Positions 1 to 9,346 of a stretch of DNA of 64,000 bases are shown here, piece by piece; position 1 is the first letter of the stretch, and each line of letters begins with the position of its first letter. The position numbers and the translations under genes are program-made. Source of the DNA: Gemmatimonadales bacterium (GTDB taxonomy: Bacteria; Gemmatimonadota; Gemmatimonadetes; Gemmatimonadales; GWC2-71-9); the NCBI GenBank assembly GCA_965249575.1, contig OZ252244.1, positions 3,104,001 through 3,168,000 of the forward strand, read 5' to 3'. Under the pieces are notes generated by a model. It saw only the letters and a list, made by a program, of their open reading frames with translations. It made no database searches and was not told where the DNA came from.

Positions 1-723
1 GGCGTCGGGGCGCCGGCCGGCCCCCTCCCAACGAGTCCGGGGGCCAAGGCGGAGGCGGTGCTCCAGCTGACTGTCGCCATGGCGCGTGAAGCGCAAGCCG
101 GCGGAGCCTCGGCAGTACTAGTGCATCCTCCGGGGTGCCTCCGGGACCTTCCGGACGCCGGCCCGCGAGCCGTCGAACTGCACGTCGCCGTTGCCGAGGT
201 CGGTCTGCCGGTCATCGCGTTTTATCTGTATGAGGACGCCGGGGGCGTCGCCTACGATTCTGATACGATCGCGCGCATCTTGGGAACCGACGGCGTCGTC
301 GGCATCAAGCTCGCGACGCTCGATAGCGTGATGACATTCCAGGACCTGGCAGCGGTGGTCAAGGCAGAGCCCTCGACCCTGCTGATCACCGGGGAAGACC
401 GGTTCCTCGGTTACTCCCTCACGCTCGGTGCAGACGCCGCGCTGGTCGGGATCGCGGCGGCATGTACCGATGCATGCGCTGCGCTGCTCGACTCATGGTT
501 CCAAGGAGAGTCGGGAGCCTTCGTCGATCGGACGGCCCGCATGGACAGATTTGCCCGGGCGACCTTCTGCACCCCGATGGATGGCTACGTCCAGCGCATG
601 CTCTGGGCGCTCGAAGCCGATGGCGTATTGGAGGCGGCAGCGCGCGACCCCTTCGGGCCGGAGCTCACTGCCACCGACCGTGAGCTGGTGAGGGAGGCCG
701 TCATCGCGCTCCGGTCGCCATGA
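1..723 (+). CDS. Dihydrodipicolinate synthase (DapA/NAL) family aldolase/lyase, 5' truncated by window edge
   Basis: Frame open from base 1; GASAVLVHPP, LPVIAFYLY (catalytic Tyr region) and GVVGIKLA (Schiff-base Lys) of class I aldolase TIM barrels. Confidence 0.85.
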   Translation, partial: GVGAPAGPLPTSPGAKAEAVLQLTVAMAREAQAGGASAVLVHPPGCLRDLPDAGPRAVELHVAVAEVGLPVIAFYLYEDAGGVAYDSDTIARILGTDGVVGIKLATLDSVMTFQDLAAVVKAEPSTLLITGEDRFLGYSLTLGADAALVGIAAACTDACAALLDSWFQGESGAFVDRTARMDRFARATFCTPMDGYVQRMLWALEADGVLEAAARDPFGPELTATDRELVREAVIALRSP

Positions 724-1931
724 GCCCGCTGGCCTCCCGGCCGGCCATGTCGACGATCCAGCGGCAGCGGTTGCAGCGACTCTTCGAGCAGACGCAGCGC
801 GAACCGCCCGGGGATCTGGCTGGAGCGGTGCTAGAGACCCTCGGGGTCGATTTGGAAACACAGTACGCGGGCATGCCCATCCCCCATCCATTCGGGAAGG
901 CGTCCGGACAGCTCTCCTGTACCCTCTCTCAAGTGACGGGTGATGTCGCCTCTGGGGTTGGCTTCGTGGTATTGAAGACAGTGATCGCGGAGGCTCCGTC
1001 GGGGCATCGGTCCATGGAAGAGTGGTCGGTGCCCGAAACCAAGATGCGCGTCGAGCGGCGCGACTCCGCGACCGGCCGACCCGGGTGGACGGTGACGTGG
1101 AAGGGACGGGGTTGGCACGGATCGCTCCATGAGTACGCCCGCTTTTTCGACGCCGCGCTGCAAGTGGCGCGTCCGCGGAACATCCCGGTTGTCCCGTCTG
1201 TGAAATATCATCTGCCCACCGGTGACGAGCCATTCGACGTCGAGGAATACCGGCACACGACCTCCTCGCTGCTCGATGCGTGGAATCGGGCCGGTCCCTC
1301 GGGCGTAATGCCCCTCGAGAAGGACTTCAGCCCCACCTTGGCCGGCGACACTCGGGCGTCCGATCGGCGGGATATTCTACGCTGGTTGGAACAGGTCCCC
1401 GGGCTCATCAGCGAAGTCGCTCAGGGCCTGGTACGAGTCGGCGTAAAAGTCATGAATGCCCGGTTCGATGATGGGTTTCAAGTCGAGATGGTTCGGACCT
1501 TGGTCGAACGGACGAGCGTTCCACCGGCCTTTCTCGTCCTCTTCAATCGGCTGTTCGACCCGGTGACCAAGGTTGCTTTCGGCGGCTGGGATTTGAGCGA
1601 TCGCAATCTCCGAGCGTTGGATGCCCTCCGCGATACGAGTGTCGCTCTGCCGGCAATCTCCGCTACGGGGAACATCAACTCCGGAAGAGCGATGGTGGAG
1701 TATGCGCTCCGCGGGTGCGAGAACGGACAGCTCCACACGTTCTTTCAGCTCCCCCTCTACTGTTATGCCGCGAGCGGCGGGAGCCGTACGGCCCGCGCGC
1801 TGCACACACTGATGCTGCACCCGGACGAGGGGCTGGTTGCATGGCTCTTCCACCTATGCGAGGCAGGGCAGCTCCACGCGGTGGACGGAACGATTCGGTT
1901 CAGAGACGTCGTGGGGCTGGGTGATGCGTAA
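720..1931 (+). CDS. Dihydroorotate/dihydropyrimidine dehydrogenase-like FMN TIM-barrel protein of unknown substrate
   Basis: LETQYAGMPIPHPFGKASG, GFVVLKTV and ISATGNINSG..EYALRGCENGQL resemble DHODH FMN-binding segments; ATGA overlap with upstream gene. Confidence 0.6.
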   Translation: MSPLASRPAMSTIQRQRLQRLFEQTQREPPGDLAGAVLETLGVDLETQYAGMPIPHPFGKASGQLSCTLSQVTGDVASGVGFVVLKTVIAEAPSGHRSMEEWSVPETKMRVERRDSATGRPGWTVTWKGRGWHGSLHEYARFFDAALQVARPRNIPVVPSVKYHLPTGDEPFDVEEYRHTTSSLLDAWNRAGPSGVMPLEKDFSPTLAGDTRASDRRDILRWLEQVPGLISEVAQGLVRVGVKVMNARFDDGFQVEMVRTLVERTSVPPAFLVLFNRLFDPVTKVAFGGWDLSDRNLRALDALRDTSVALPAISATGNINSGRAMVEYALRGCENGQLHTFFQLPLYCYAASGGSRTARALHTLMLHPDEGLVAWLFHLCEAGQLHAVDGTIRFRDVVGLGDA

Positions 1932-3092
1932 GCCGCTGAGGATTTCCAGGGCGCGGCTCCGCGAAGTAGGCCTTCCCCTGCGTGAGCCCTTCGCGATCAG
2001 CGGGGGCCGGATGGAGGTGAGGCGCTCGCTGATCGTCGAGCTGCACGACGAATCGGGTCGAATCGGTTACGGGGAGTCCGCCCCGTTTGAGCGCCCCTTC
2101 TATTCGGGAGAGACGATTGCGTCGGCCCGGGCGTGTATCGTGGACGAGCTGCTACCGCGCGTACTCCATGCATCGCTCAGCCATCCCGCCGAGGGGCGGG
2201 ATCTGCTCACCGAGGGTGTCCGGGGCAACCGCATGGCGGTCGCCGGGGTCGAGACGGCGCTGTGGGATCTGGCCGCGACGCAGCGCGGAGCGAGTTTGGC
2301 GTCGCTGGTCTCAGAGCGCCTCGTGGAGCTGGGGGTCGCAGGGCGTTGGCTTGAGCGGGAACATCGCATCACGTGTGGTGTCGCGCTCGGAATTCCGGAG
2401 TCCGAGGATCCCCATCAAGTCGGTCGAGCGGTTGCGCGTGCACTCGAGAGGGGATACCGGCGGGTCAAATTGAAGATCAGACCGGGGTGGGACGTCGAGC
2501 CGCTGCGCGTCGCGCGCGAGGCGATCGATCGGTCGGGGCGGCAGGTCCCCTGTGGGCTGATGCGAACGGGGCCTACGACCGTGCCCGGGACAAGGAGGCG
2601 CTGGCTCGCATCGACGCCTTGGGTCTGCTCTTTCTTGAGCAGCCGCTTGCCCCCGAATCGCTGTGGGATGCCCGCGAGCTGGTGCGGGTTCTCAAGACCC
2701 CGATCTGCATAGACGAATCGCTCACGTCGGACGGTGTGGCGCGCCAGGTGATCGAGATGGGAGGTCCCACGATCTGGAATCTCAAGGTGCAGCGAGTGGG
2801 TGGCCTGGAGGAGTCCTGCAGGATCTATCGGCGGGCGTATGCGGCCGGCGTCGAGTTGTGGTCTGGGACGATGCCCGAAACGGGGCTCGGGGCGCAGGCC
2901 ATGTTGGCGCTTGGTGCGCACCGGGGGTTCGTCCACGCATCGGATCTAGAGCCCAGCGAGCGGTGGTACGAACCGGGGGTGGACTTGGTTGAGCTCGAGA
3001 TGGACTCTGGCGGAACGATGGCCGTCCCCACGAGGCCTCCGGAACTCGATCTCGACGACCGATCGAGCATGGTGGCCGACGTCGAGCGCTGA
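1924..3092 (+). CDS. menC: o-Succinylbenzoate synthase / N-acylamino acid racemase-like enolase-superfamily enzyme (one frameshift at ~2547-2550)
   Basis: GESAP..P.YSGET and KLK motif in frame 1, then ADAN, EQPL, IDES, NLK, GTMPETG, SD in frame 3; adding one C to the CCCC run at 2547-2550 joins ...GRQVP to LWADANGAY. Confidence 0.8.
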
Positions 3093-3225
3093 CAAGTTCT
3101 CGCCCTCATCGCGTGGCAGGCCGATTGGTCAAGCGGCGCACGCATCTTCGTAATTGGCGCAAAAGGGCCCGTCATAAAGGGTGTTGTGCTGCGAGCACTA
3201 TCGAGTATCTTATCCAAGCGGCCGC

Positions 3226-3243
3226 ATGTGAACTATTTCACGA
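3226..3243. promoter_or_regulatory. Palindromic operator upstream of act operon (Rex-like or CRP/FNR-like box)
   Basis: ATGTGAA-CTAT-TTCACGA matches TTGTGAA-N4-TTCACAA at 12/14 positions, ~110 bp upstream of actA. Confidence 0.5.
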
Positions 3244-3352
3244 AGTGCCGATCTGCGGCCGAATCACGAAGTTGTACACCCGAAGTGACGCGTTGCCACC
3301 CCCTTCCTCCGCCATCGGCGCAGGTAGGGTTCCAGTCCTGCGAAGGTGGTCT

Positions 3353-3925
3353 ATGACGGGCCGCGTCATCCTGCGCACCGAAGCAGCCGCCGTATTCGTG
3401 CTCGCCGCACTATCGTTGGGCGTTCCGGGCGTGGTGTCGGCGCAGGTGGTCGAGTACTCGACCGGACCAGACTACGTCGCGCCCGTCGACGTCGATACAG
3501 CCGGTCTCGACGGACCGGCCCAACCGGTTTTCTATCGGCACGACATTCACGCGGGACAGTATCAGATCGACTGCCGCTACTGTCACTACGCCGTAGAGGT
3601 GAGTCCTCATCCCGGGCTGCCGACCGTCCAGACGTGCATGGGTTGTCACCTCATTGCCGGCACGGGCAATCCCGAAGTGCAGAAGCTGCGCGAGGCGTGG
3701 AACCAGAAGGAGCCCATCGAGTGGGTCAAGGTGCACGTCCTGCCCTCGTATGTCCGCTTCCCGCACATGCGTCACGTGAAGGCAGAGGTGAGCTGCCAGA
3801 CGTGCCACGGCGCCATCGAGCAGATGCCCCAAGTCTTTCAGTACGCCCCGCTCAAGATGGGTTGGTGCCTCGACTGCCATAAGCAGCGCGAGGTCACGAC
3901 CGATTGCACGGCATGCCACTACTAG
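3353..3925 (+). CDS. actA: Alternative complex III pentaheme cytochrome c subunit
   Basis: Five CxxCH motifs (CRYCH, CMGCH, CQTCH, CLDCH, CTACH), N-terminal hydrophobic segment, first gene of operon. Confidence 0.9.
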   Translation: MTGRVILRTEAAAVFVLAALSLGVPGVVSAQVVEYSTGPDYVAPVDVDTAGLDGPAQPVFYRHDIHAGQYQIDCRYCHYAVEVSPHPGLPTVQTCMGCHLIAGTGNPEVQKLREAWNQKEPIEWVKVHVLPSYVRFPHMRHVKAEVSCQTCHGAIEQMPQVFQYAPLKMGWCLDCHKQREVTTDCTACHY

Positions 3926-3938
3926 GGTGGAAGGGTCG

Positions 3939-6900
3939 ATGGCTGACCGGATAGACCGGAGACGGTTCCTCAAGGTGCTGGGCGCTACGGGTAGTGGCGC
4001 CGCGGCCCTATCCGGGTGTGCCACCGATCATGCCGAGCAGCTCATCCCCTACCTCGTGCCTCCCGAGAATCAGATTCCCGGCATGGCGACGTGGTATGCC
4101 ACGACGTGCCGCGAATGCCCTGCCGGTTGCGGTATGCACGTGCGGGTCCGCGAGGGGCGCGCCGTCAAGGTCGAGGGGAATCCGGACAGCCCGGTAAACC
4201 GCGGGCGGCTCTGTGCCCGGGCGCAGTCGTCGCTTCAGCGGCTGTATCATCCCGACCGCGTGCGCTCGCCGCTTACTCGAACCGCGAATGGCGAGTTCGA
4301 GCCCATCACATGGGACGAGGCGATTACCCAGATCGGCGACCGGCTCGTGGGTGTGGCGGGTGACCGCGTGTGGTTCTTGAGTGGTGAGGAGGCCGGCACG
4401 TTCGACCGGCTCCTGACGGAGTTCATGGGCGCGCTGGGGTCGAGGGGCCGCGTCGTCTTTGAGCCCTTCGGGTACGAGGCGCTTCGCCATGCTTCCCGAG
4501 AAGTGTTCGGGATCGACGCGCTCCCGAGGCACGACTTCGCCTCCGCGCGCTACGTCATCTCGTTTGGGGCAGATTTCCTCGAGACGTGGCTCAGCCCAGT
4601 CGAATACACGCAGGCGTTCGCGTCCTCCCACGCGTACCGTGATGGGAGCATGGGCCGGTTCGTGCACGTCGAGCCCAGAATGAGCATGACCGCCATGAGT
4701 GCGGATGAGTGGATCGCGCCCGTTGCCGGTAGCGAAGGCGCGCTCGCCCTCGCCATGGCACACGTGATCGTCACCGAGAGGCTTGGGCGGTCGCCGGCCG
4801 GTGCCGCTCCGCTCCGGAGCCTGCTCGAGCGGTCCACGCCCGCCGCCGCGAGCGAACAGAGCGGCGTCCCCGTCGAGACGATCGAACGCCTGGCGCGTGA
4901 GTTCAGCGAGGGGCCGAGCCTCGCGGTTGCGGGCGGGATGGGTGCGCAGCATCCGGACGCCCACGCGACGGCGGCGGCGGTTCACATTCTGAATTATGTC
5001 GCCGGCAACGTCGGGCGCACGGTGACCTTCCCGGCCGGAAGTGCCGGCGGGGGCAACGGTTACGCGCGGCTCGCCCAAATGGTCGAGGCGATGGCCGCCG
5101 GCCAGGTCGACGTGCTCTTCATCCACGGAGCGAATCCGGCGCACGCAACTCCCGGCGGATTGGGCTTCAATGCGGCGATGGAGCAAGTCGGGCTCAAGGT
5201 GAGCTTCGCCCGAACCCTGGACGAGACCGCTGTGCAGGCGGACCTCATTCTCCCGGACCACGATCCGTTCGAGCAGTGGAACGATTTCGAGCCGCGATCG
5301 GGTCTCCACCTTCTCCAGCAGCCGGTCATGCAGCCGGTCTTCGACACGCGGCAAACGGGCGACATCATCCTGGATGTCGCGCGCCGGGTCGGTGGACCCG
5401 TGGGGACGCGCCTTTCCGCCGCCAGTTACAAGCACTACGTCCAGGATTCGTGGCAGCGGATTCAACGGCGGGTCGGAGACCGCCGGCCGTTCGAGACGTT
5501 CTGGAACGAGGCGGTGCAAAACGGTGGGGTCTCGAGCGAAGGCCGGCAGCAGTCGGTGCGCCTGGCAGCGTCGGCGGCGCGACTCGAGGTCACGCCGTGG
5601 AGCGTTCCTGAGGGACAGTACACGCTGATTGCGTACCCCTCGCCGGTGTTCTACGACGGCCGCGGCGCCGATCGCCCGTGGTTGCAGGAGTTGCCCGATC
5701 CGGTCACCAAGGTTACGTGGGGCTCGTGGGTCGAACTACATCCAGAGACGGCGCGGGCGCTTGGCGTCGCCGAGGGTGATGTCGTGCGGGTGGAGTCAGC
5801 GTCGGGGTCGGTGTCGTTGCCGGCGTACCTCCACCCCGGGATCCGCGAGAACGTGGTCGCGATTCCAATCGGGCAGGGCCATACGGCGTTCGGACGGTAC
5901 GCGTCGGGCGTAGGCACCAATGCCTATGACCTTCTGCCTGGAGAGGCCACGGCGTTCGGTGGGGTGGCTCACTATGCGGCGGTTACGCTCCACGCCGATG
6001 GTGGATACCAGCCGGTGGCGAAGACGGAAGGGAGCCGGCGGCAACTGGGTCGTGGCATCGCTGATGCTGTGACCCTGGCCGCGTTGGCCGGGGGCGAGGC
6101 GGAGGAGCACCACGCAGCGCACGCGGCCCCTGTGCCGGAGAGCCACGAGCGGGTCCTGGAGGAATGGGCGGAGATGCAGCACCACGACACCGAGCGCGGC
6201 AACTACGCGGGCGATCACCCTCGGTGGGGGATGGCTATCGATCTCTCCCGCTGCACCGGATGCTCCGCATGCGTCACGGCCTGCCACGCCGAGAACAACA
6301 TCCCGCACGTCGGGGCGGATCAGGTCAGGCGCGGTCGAGAGATGTCGTGGCTACGAATCGAGCGGTACTTCGAGGGTGGCGGCGAAGAGCCGCTGGAAGC
6401 TCGCTTCCTCCCCATGCTGTGTCAGCAGTGCGGCAACGCTCCCTGCGAGCCGGTCTGTCCGGTGTTCGCGGCGTATCACACACCCGACGGCCTCAACGCA
6501 CAGGTCTATAACCGGTGCGTGGGTACCCGGTACTGCAGCAATAATTGCCCGTACAAGGTCCGCTACTTCAATTGGTACGACACCCAGAACCCAGCCGACG
6601 AGGCTTTTGCATGGCCTGACCCCATGCATTGGCTGCTCAACCCCGATGTCACCGTCCGGTCAAAGGGGGTTATGGAAAAGTGCACGTTCTGCGTGCAGCG
6701 GATTCGTGGGGCGCAGCACGATGCGCGTATGTCCGATAGGCCGCTCAGGGACGGTGACATTCTCACGGCCTGCCAGCAGACATGTCCAGCGGATGCGATC
6801 GCCTTTGGTGACCTGAACGACCCGAATTCGCGAGTCTCCGCGCTCTCGCGTCAGGAGCACGGCTATCACGTTCTCGACGGACTCAACACGAAGCCCGCCG

Positions 6901-6941
6901 TTACGTACCTGAAGAAGGTGCGCAACCTGGCGGAGGCCTGA
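3939..6941 (+). CDS. actB: Alternative complex III subunit B (molybdopterin-oxidoreductase fold fused to Fe-S domain)
   Basis: Tat lipoprotein signal DRRRFLK...LSGC; WLQELPDPVTK; C-terminal CTGCSACVTAC, CQQCGNAPCEPVC, CVGTRYCSNNC (3Fe-4S type), CTFC...CQQTC. Confidence 0.92.
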   Translation: MADRIDRRRFLKVLGATGSGAAALSGCATDHAEQLIPYLVPPENQIPGMATWYATTCRECPAGCGMHVRVREGRAVKVEGNPDSPVNRGRLCARAQSSLQRLYHPDRVRSPLTRTANGEFEPITWDEAITQIGDRLVGVAGDRVWFLSGEEAGTFDRLLTEFMGALGSRGRVVFEPFGYEALRHASREVFGIDALPRHDFASARYVISFGADFLETWLSPVEYTQAFASSHAYRDGSMGRFVHVEPRMSMTAMSADEWIAPVAGSEGALALAMAHVIVTERLGRSPAGAAPLRSLLERSTPAAASEQSGVPVETIERLAREFSEGPSLAVAGGMGAQHPDAHATAAAVHILNYVAGNVGRTVTFPAGSAGGGNGYARLAQMVEAMAAGQVDVLFIHGANPAHATPGGLGFNAAMEQVGLKVSFARTLDETAVQADLILPDHDPFEQWNDFEPRSGLHLLQQPVMQPVFDTRQTGDIILDVARRVGGPVGTRLSAASYKHYVQDSWQRIQRRVGDRRPFETFWNEAVQNGGVSSEGRQQSVRLAASAARLEVTPWSVPEGQYTLIAYPSPVFYDGRGADRPWLQELPDPVTKVTWGSWVELHPETARALGVAEGDVVRVESASGSVSLPAYLHPGIRENVVAIPIGQGHTAFGRYASGVGTNAYDLLPGEATAFGGVAHYAAVTLHADGGYQPVAKTEGSRRQLGRGIADAVTLAALAGGEAEEHHAAHAAPVPESHERVLEEWAEMQHHDTERGNYAGDHPRWGMAIDLSRCTGCSACVTACHAENNIPHVGADQVRRGREMSWLRIERYFEGGGEEPLEARFLPMLCQQCGNAPCEPVCPVFAAYHTPDGLNAQVYNRCVGTRYCSNNCPYKVRYFNWYDTQNPADEAFAWPDPMHWLLNPDVTVRSKGVMEKCTFCVQRIRGAQHDARMSDRPLRDGDILTACQQTCPADAIAFGDLNDPNSRVSALSRQEHGYHVLDGLNTKPAVTYLKKVRNLAEA

Positions 6942-8308
6942 TGGGGACCGCAACGCGGCCGAGCTCGTTGACCGGGCAGCCCGACGCCGGGCCGCCTTCC
7001 TACGGAACGATCACGCGCGACATCGCGGCGACGCTGGGCAATCCCACGCGCGGCTACTACATCCTGCTGGGTGCCGCCATGGCGGTGCTGGCATGGGGTG
7101 CCATCGCCCTCCTGTACCAGATCCGGTTCGGACTGGGAGTGGCCGGATACGAGCCGCCGGTCATGTGGGGCGTGTACATCACCAACTTCGTGTTCTGGGT
7201 CGGTATTGCCCACTGCGGCACGTTGATCTCGGCGATCCTGTACCTGTTCCGATCGCAATGGCGAACGGCGGTCTACCGGACGTCGGAGGCGATGACCGTG
7301 TTCGCCGTCATGACGGCCGGCCTGTTTCCGCTGATCCACGTCGGTCGCATCTGGTATGCGTACTGGCTTTTCCCCTATCCGAATCAGCGCCAGCTGTGGG
7401 TCAACTTCAAGTCACCGCTCTTGTGGGACGTCTTCGCGGTAAGCACGTACTTCGTCGTCAGTACGACGTTCCTCATCATGGGGCTCGTCCCCGACATCGC
7501 CACGCTTCGTGACGTGACGAGCGGCTGGCGGAAAAAGCTATACCAGGTCACGGCGCTCGGGTGGCGGGGGACGGATTCCCAATGGCGCCACTACACCCGG
7601 GCGTATCTCTACCTAGCCGCCTTGGCGACACCCCTCGTCCTTTCGGTGCATAGCGTTGTGTCGTGGGACTTCGCTATGTCGATCGTCCCGGGGTGGCATG
7701 CCACGATCTTTGCTCCCTACTTCGTGGCCGGGGCGATCTATTCCGGCCTTGCGATGGTCGTTACCCTCTTGGTCCCGCTCCGTGCCGCGTTCAAGCTCGA
7801 GCGATACATCACCAAGGATCACTTCGAGAACCTAGCGAAGTTGATCCTGCTCACGGGGATGATCGTTGGCTACGCGTATGTCGTCGAGTATTTCGTGGCG
7901 TGGTACAGTGGGAACCCGTACGAGCGCGAGGCGTTCTGGAATCGGGCGTTCGGGGAGTACTGGTGGGCCACATGGACCATGATCACGTGCAATGCCTTTC
8001 TCCCCTTGGTACTCTGGTCTCGCACGGTCCGGCGTAGCATTCCGGCGATGTTCCTCATCTCGCTCTTCGTCAACCTCGGTATGTGGTTCGAGCGTTTCGT
8101 GATCATCGTGGTGTCGCTCTCACATGAATATGAGCCGTATGCGATGGGGCACTACACCCCGAGCTGGGTCGACTGGTCGATCCTGGCTGGGAGTTTCGGG
8201 TGGTTCTTCACGTGGTTCCTTTTGTTTGCGAAGAACTTCCCGACCGTCTCCATCACCGAGGTCAAGGAGCTCATCCCGATGCCGCGAAGGGAGGGCCGGC
8301 GCGCATGA
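6941..8308 (+). CDS. actC: Alternative complex III NrfD/PsrC-type quinol-binding membrane subunit
   Basis: WGVYITNFVFWVGIAHCGTLISAIL, NFKSPLLWDVFAVSTY, LSVHSVVSWDFA; multi-TM. Confidence 0.93.
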   Translation: MGTATRPSSLTGQPDAGPPSYGTITRDIAATLGNPTRGYYILLGAAMAVLAWGAIALLYQIRFGLGVAGYEPPVMWGVYITNFVFWVGIAHCGTLISAILYLFRSQWRTAVYRTSEAMTVFAVMTAGLFPLIHVGRIWYAYWLFPYPNQRQLWVNFKSPLLWDVFAVSTYFVVSTTFLIMGLVPDIATLRDVTSGWRKKLYQVTALGWRGTDSQWRHYTRAYLYLAALATPLVLSVHSVVSWDFAMSIVPGWHATIFAPYFVAGAIYSGLAMVVTLLVPLRAAFKLERYITKDHFENLAKLILLTGMIVGYAYVVEYFVAWYSGNPYEREAFWNRAFGEYWWATWTMITCNAFLPLVLWSRTVRRSIPAMFLISLFVNLGMWFERFVIIVVSLSHEYEPYAMGHYTPSWVDWSILAGSFGWFFTWFLLFAKNFPTVSITEVKELIPMPRREGRRA

Positions 8309-8811
8309 GCAAGGCTCCCGGGGGCGTGCTCGCGGCCTATCAGCACGTGGACGCTGCCAGCCAGGCCATCAGCGAGCTGAAGGAGATGGGGCATCACGAC
8401 TTCACGGTCTACACGCCGGTTCCGAACCACGAAATCGCGGACGCGATCGACCACCCCGTGAGTCCCGTGCGCCTGTGGACGCTCATCGGCGGCCTGACCG
8501 GATGTGCCTCGGGATTCGCGATGACCCTGTGGATGTCCTACGATTACCCGCTCGTCGTGGGTGGGAAACCGCTGGGCTCGATTCCCCCGTACGTCGTCAT
8601 TGCGTTCGAGTTGACCATCCTATTTGGCGCCCTCGCCACGGTTGCCGGACTCCTGTTCCATGCGTGGCTCGATCGGCGCGCGGCCGCGTACGATCCGCGG
8701 TGCAGCGATGATCACATCGGGATCTTCGTTCCCTGTCCGGTCGAGCGGCGGTCCGCAGTGGAGCAACTCTTGCGGTCGAGCGGTGCCACGGAGGTGCGTG
8801 TTGAGGCCTAG
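8305..8811 (+). CDS. actD: Alternative complex III subunit D (DUF3341)
   Basis: VYTPVP, YPLVVGGKP, FELTILFG motifs; two TM helices; ATGA overlap with actC. Confidence 0.88.
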   Translation: MSKAPGGVLAAYQHVDAASQAISELKEMGHHDFTVYTPVPNHEIADAIDHPVSPVRLWTLIGGLTGCASGFAMTLWMSYDYPLVVGGKPLGSIPPYVVIAFELTILFGALATVAGLLFHAWLDRRAAAYDPRCSDDHIGIFVPCPVERRSAVEQLLRSSGATEVRVEA

Positions 8812-9346
8812 TCTCGCCGTGGTCGCGTTCGCCCTCCTCGCCGCTGGGTGCTCCCGGGACGCGTGGCAGCGCTCCCCCGGGCCGGACGACCTGATCGCGG
8901 CAGTTCCGTGGTTCTCGACGATGCGGCGCAGTATCGCCATCCGGCCCTACGAAATGCCGCGCGACCCCGCCCCCGGGACGGTCCCGATTACGGGAATCGA
9001 GCCTGCGCTTCCGTTTTCACCCCAAAACCTCCCGGAAATCGACCGGCTCCGGAATCCGGTGGCACGCACGTCGGAGTCCATCAACCGCGGTGCGGATCGT
9101 TACGCCATTTACTGCGCCGTCTGTCATGGGGAGGGTGGCGCCGGTGACGGCCCGGTCGCGGTGAGCCTCGGCGGAACCGTGCGCAACCTGCTAGGGGACG
9201 ACGTGCGGCGATTTTCCGATGGGCGCATCTACACGGCGATCCGGCATGGGTTCGGGCTGATGCCAGGGTATGGACACGTGTTGACCATCGAGGATCGCTG
9301 GAACGTCGTGAATTACGTGCGGGTCCTTCAGGGGGCGCCACGATGA
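8801..9346 (+). CDS. actE: Alternative complex III monoheme cytochrome c lipoprotein
   Basis: GGAGG RBS then TTG; lipobox LAAGC; CAVCH and distal Met in LMPGY; RWNVVNYVR. Confidence 0.88.
   Translation: MRPSLAVVAFALLAAGCSRDAWQRSPGPDDLIAAVPWFSTMRRSIAIRPYEMPRDPAPGTVPITGIEPALPFSPQNLPEIDRLRNPVARTSESINRGADRYAIYCAVCHGEGGAGDGPVAVSLGGTVRNLLGDDVRRFSDGRIYTAIRHGFGLMPGYGHVLTIEDRWNVVNYVRVLQGAPR

Noticed and set aside
2547..2550. Programmed ribosomal frameshift in the menC-like gene
   Set aside because: No slippery heptamer; the same type of indel occurs in many unrelated genes in this window
4008..5519. Long antisense or alternate-frame ORFs (for example 4008..5519, 9328..10593, 16026..17450, 34901..36064, 63040..63885)
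   Set aside because: Shadow ORFs typical of high-GC coding sequence opposite well-supported genes
3939..6941. Stand-alone catalytic molybdoenzyme (formate, nitrate or polysulfide reductase)
   Set aside because: Fusion to a 3Fe-4S/4Fe-4S domain and the actA/C/D/E/F context identify ActB; Mo binding cannot be supported from sequence alone
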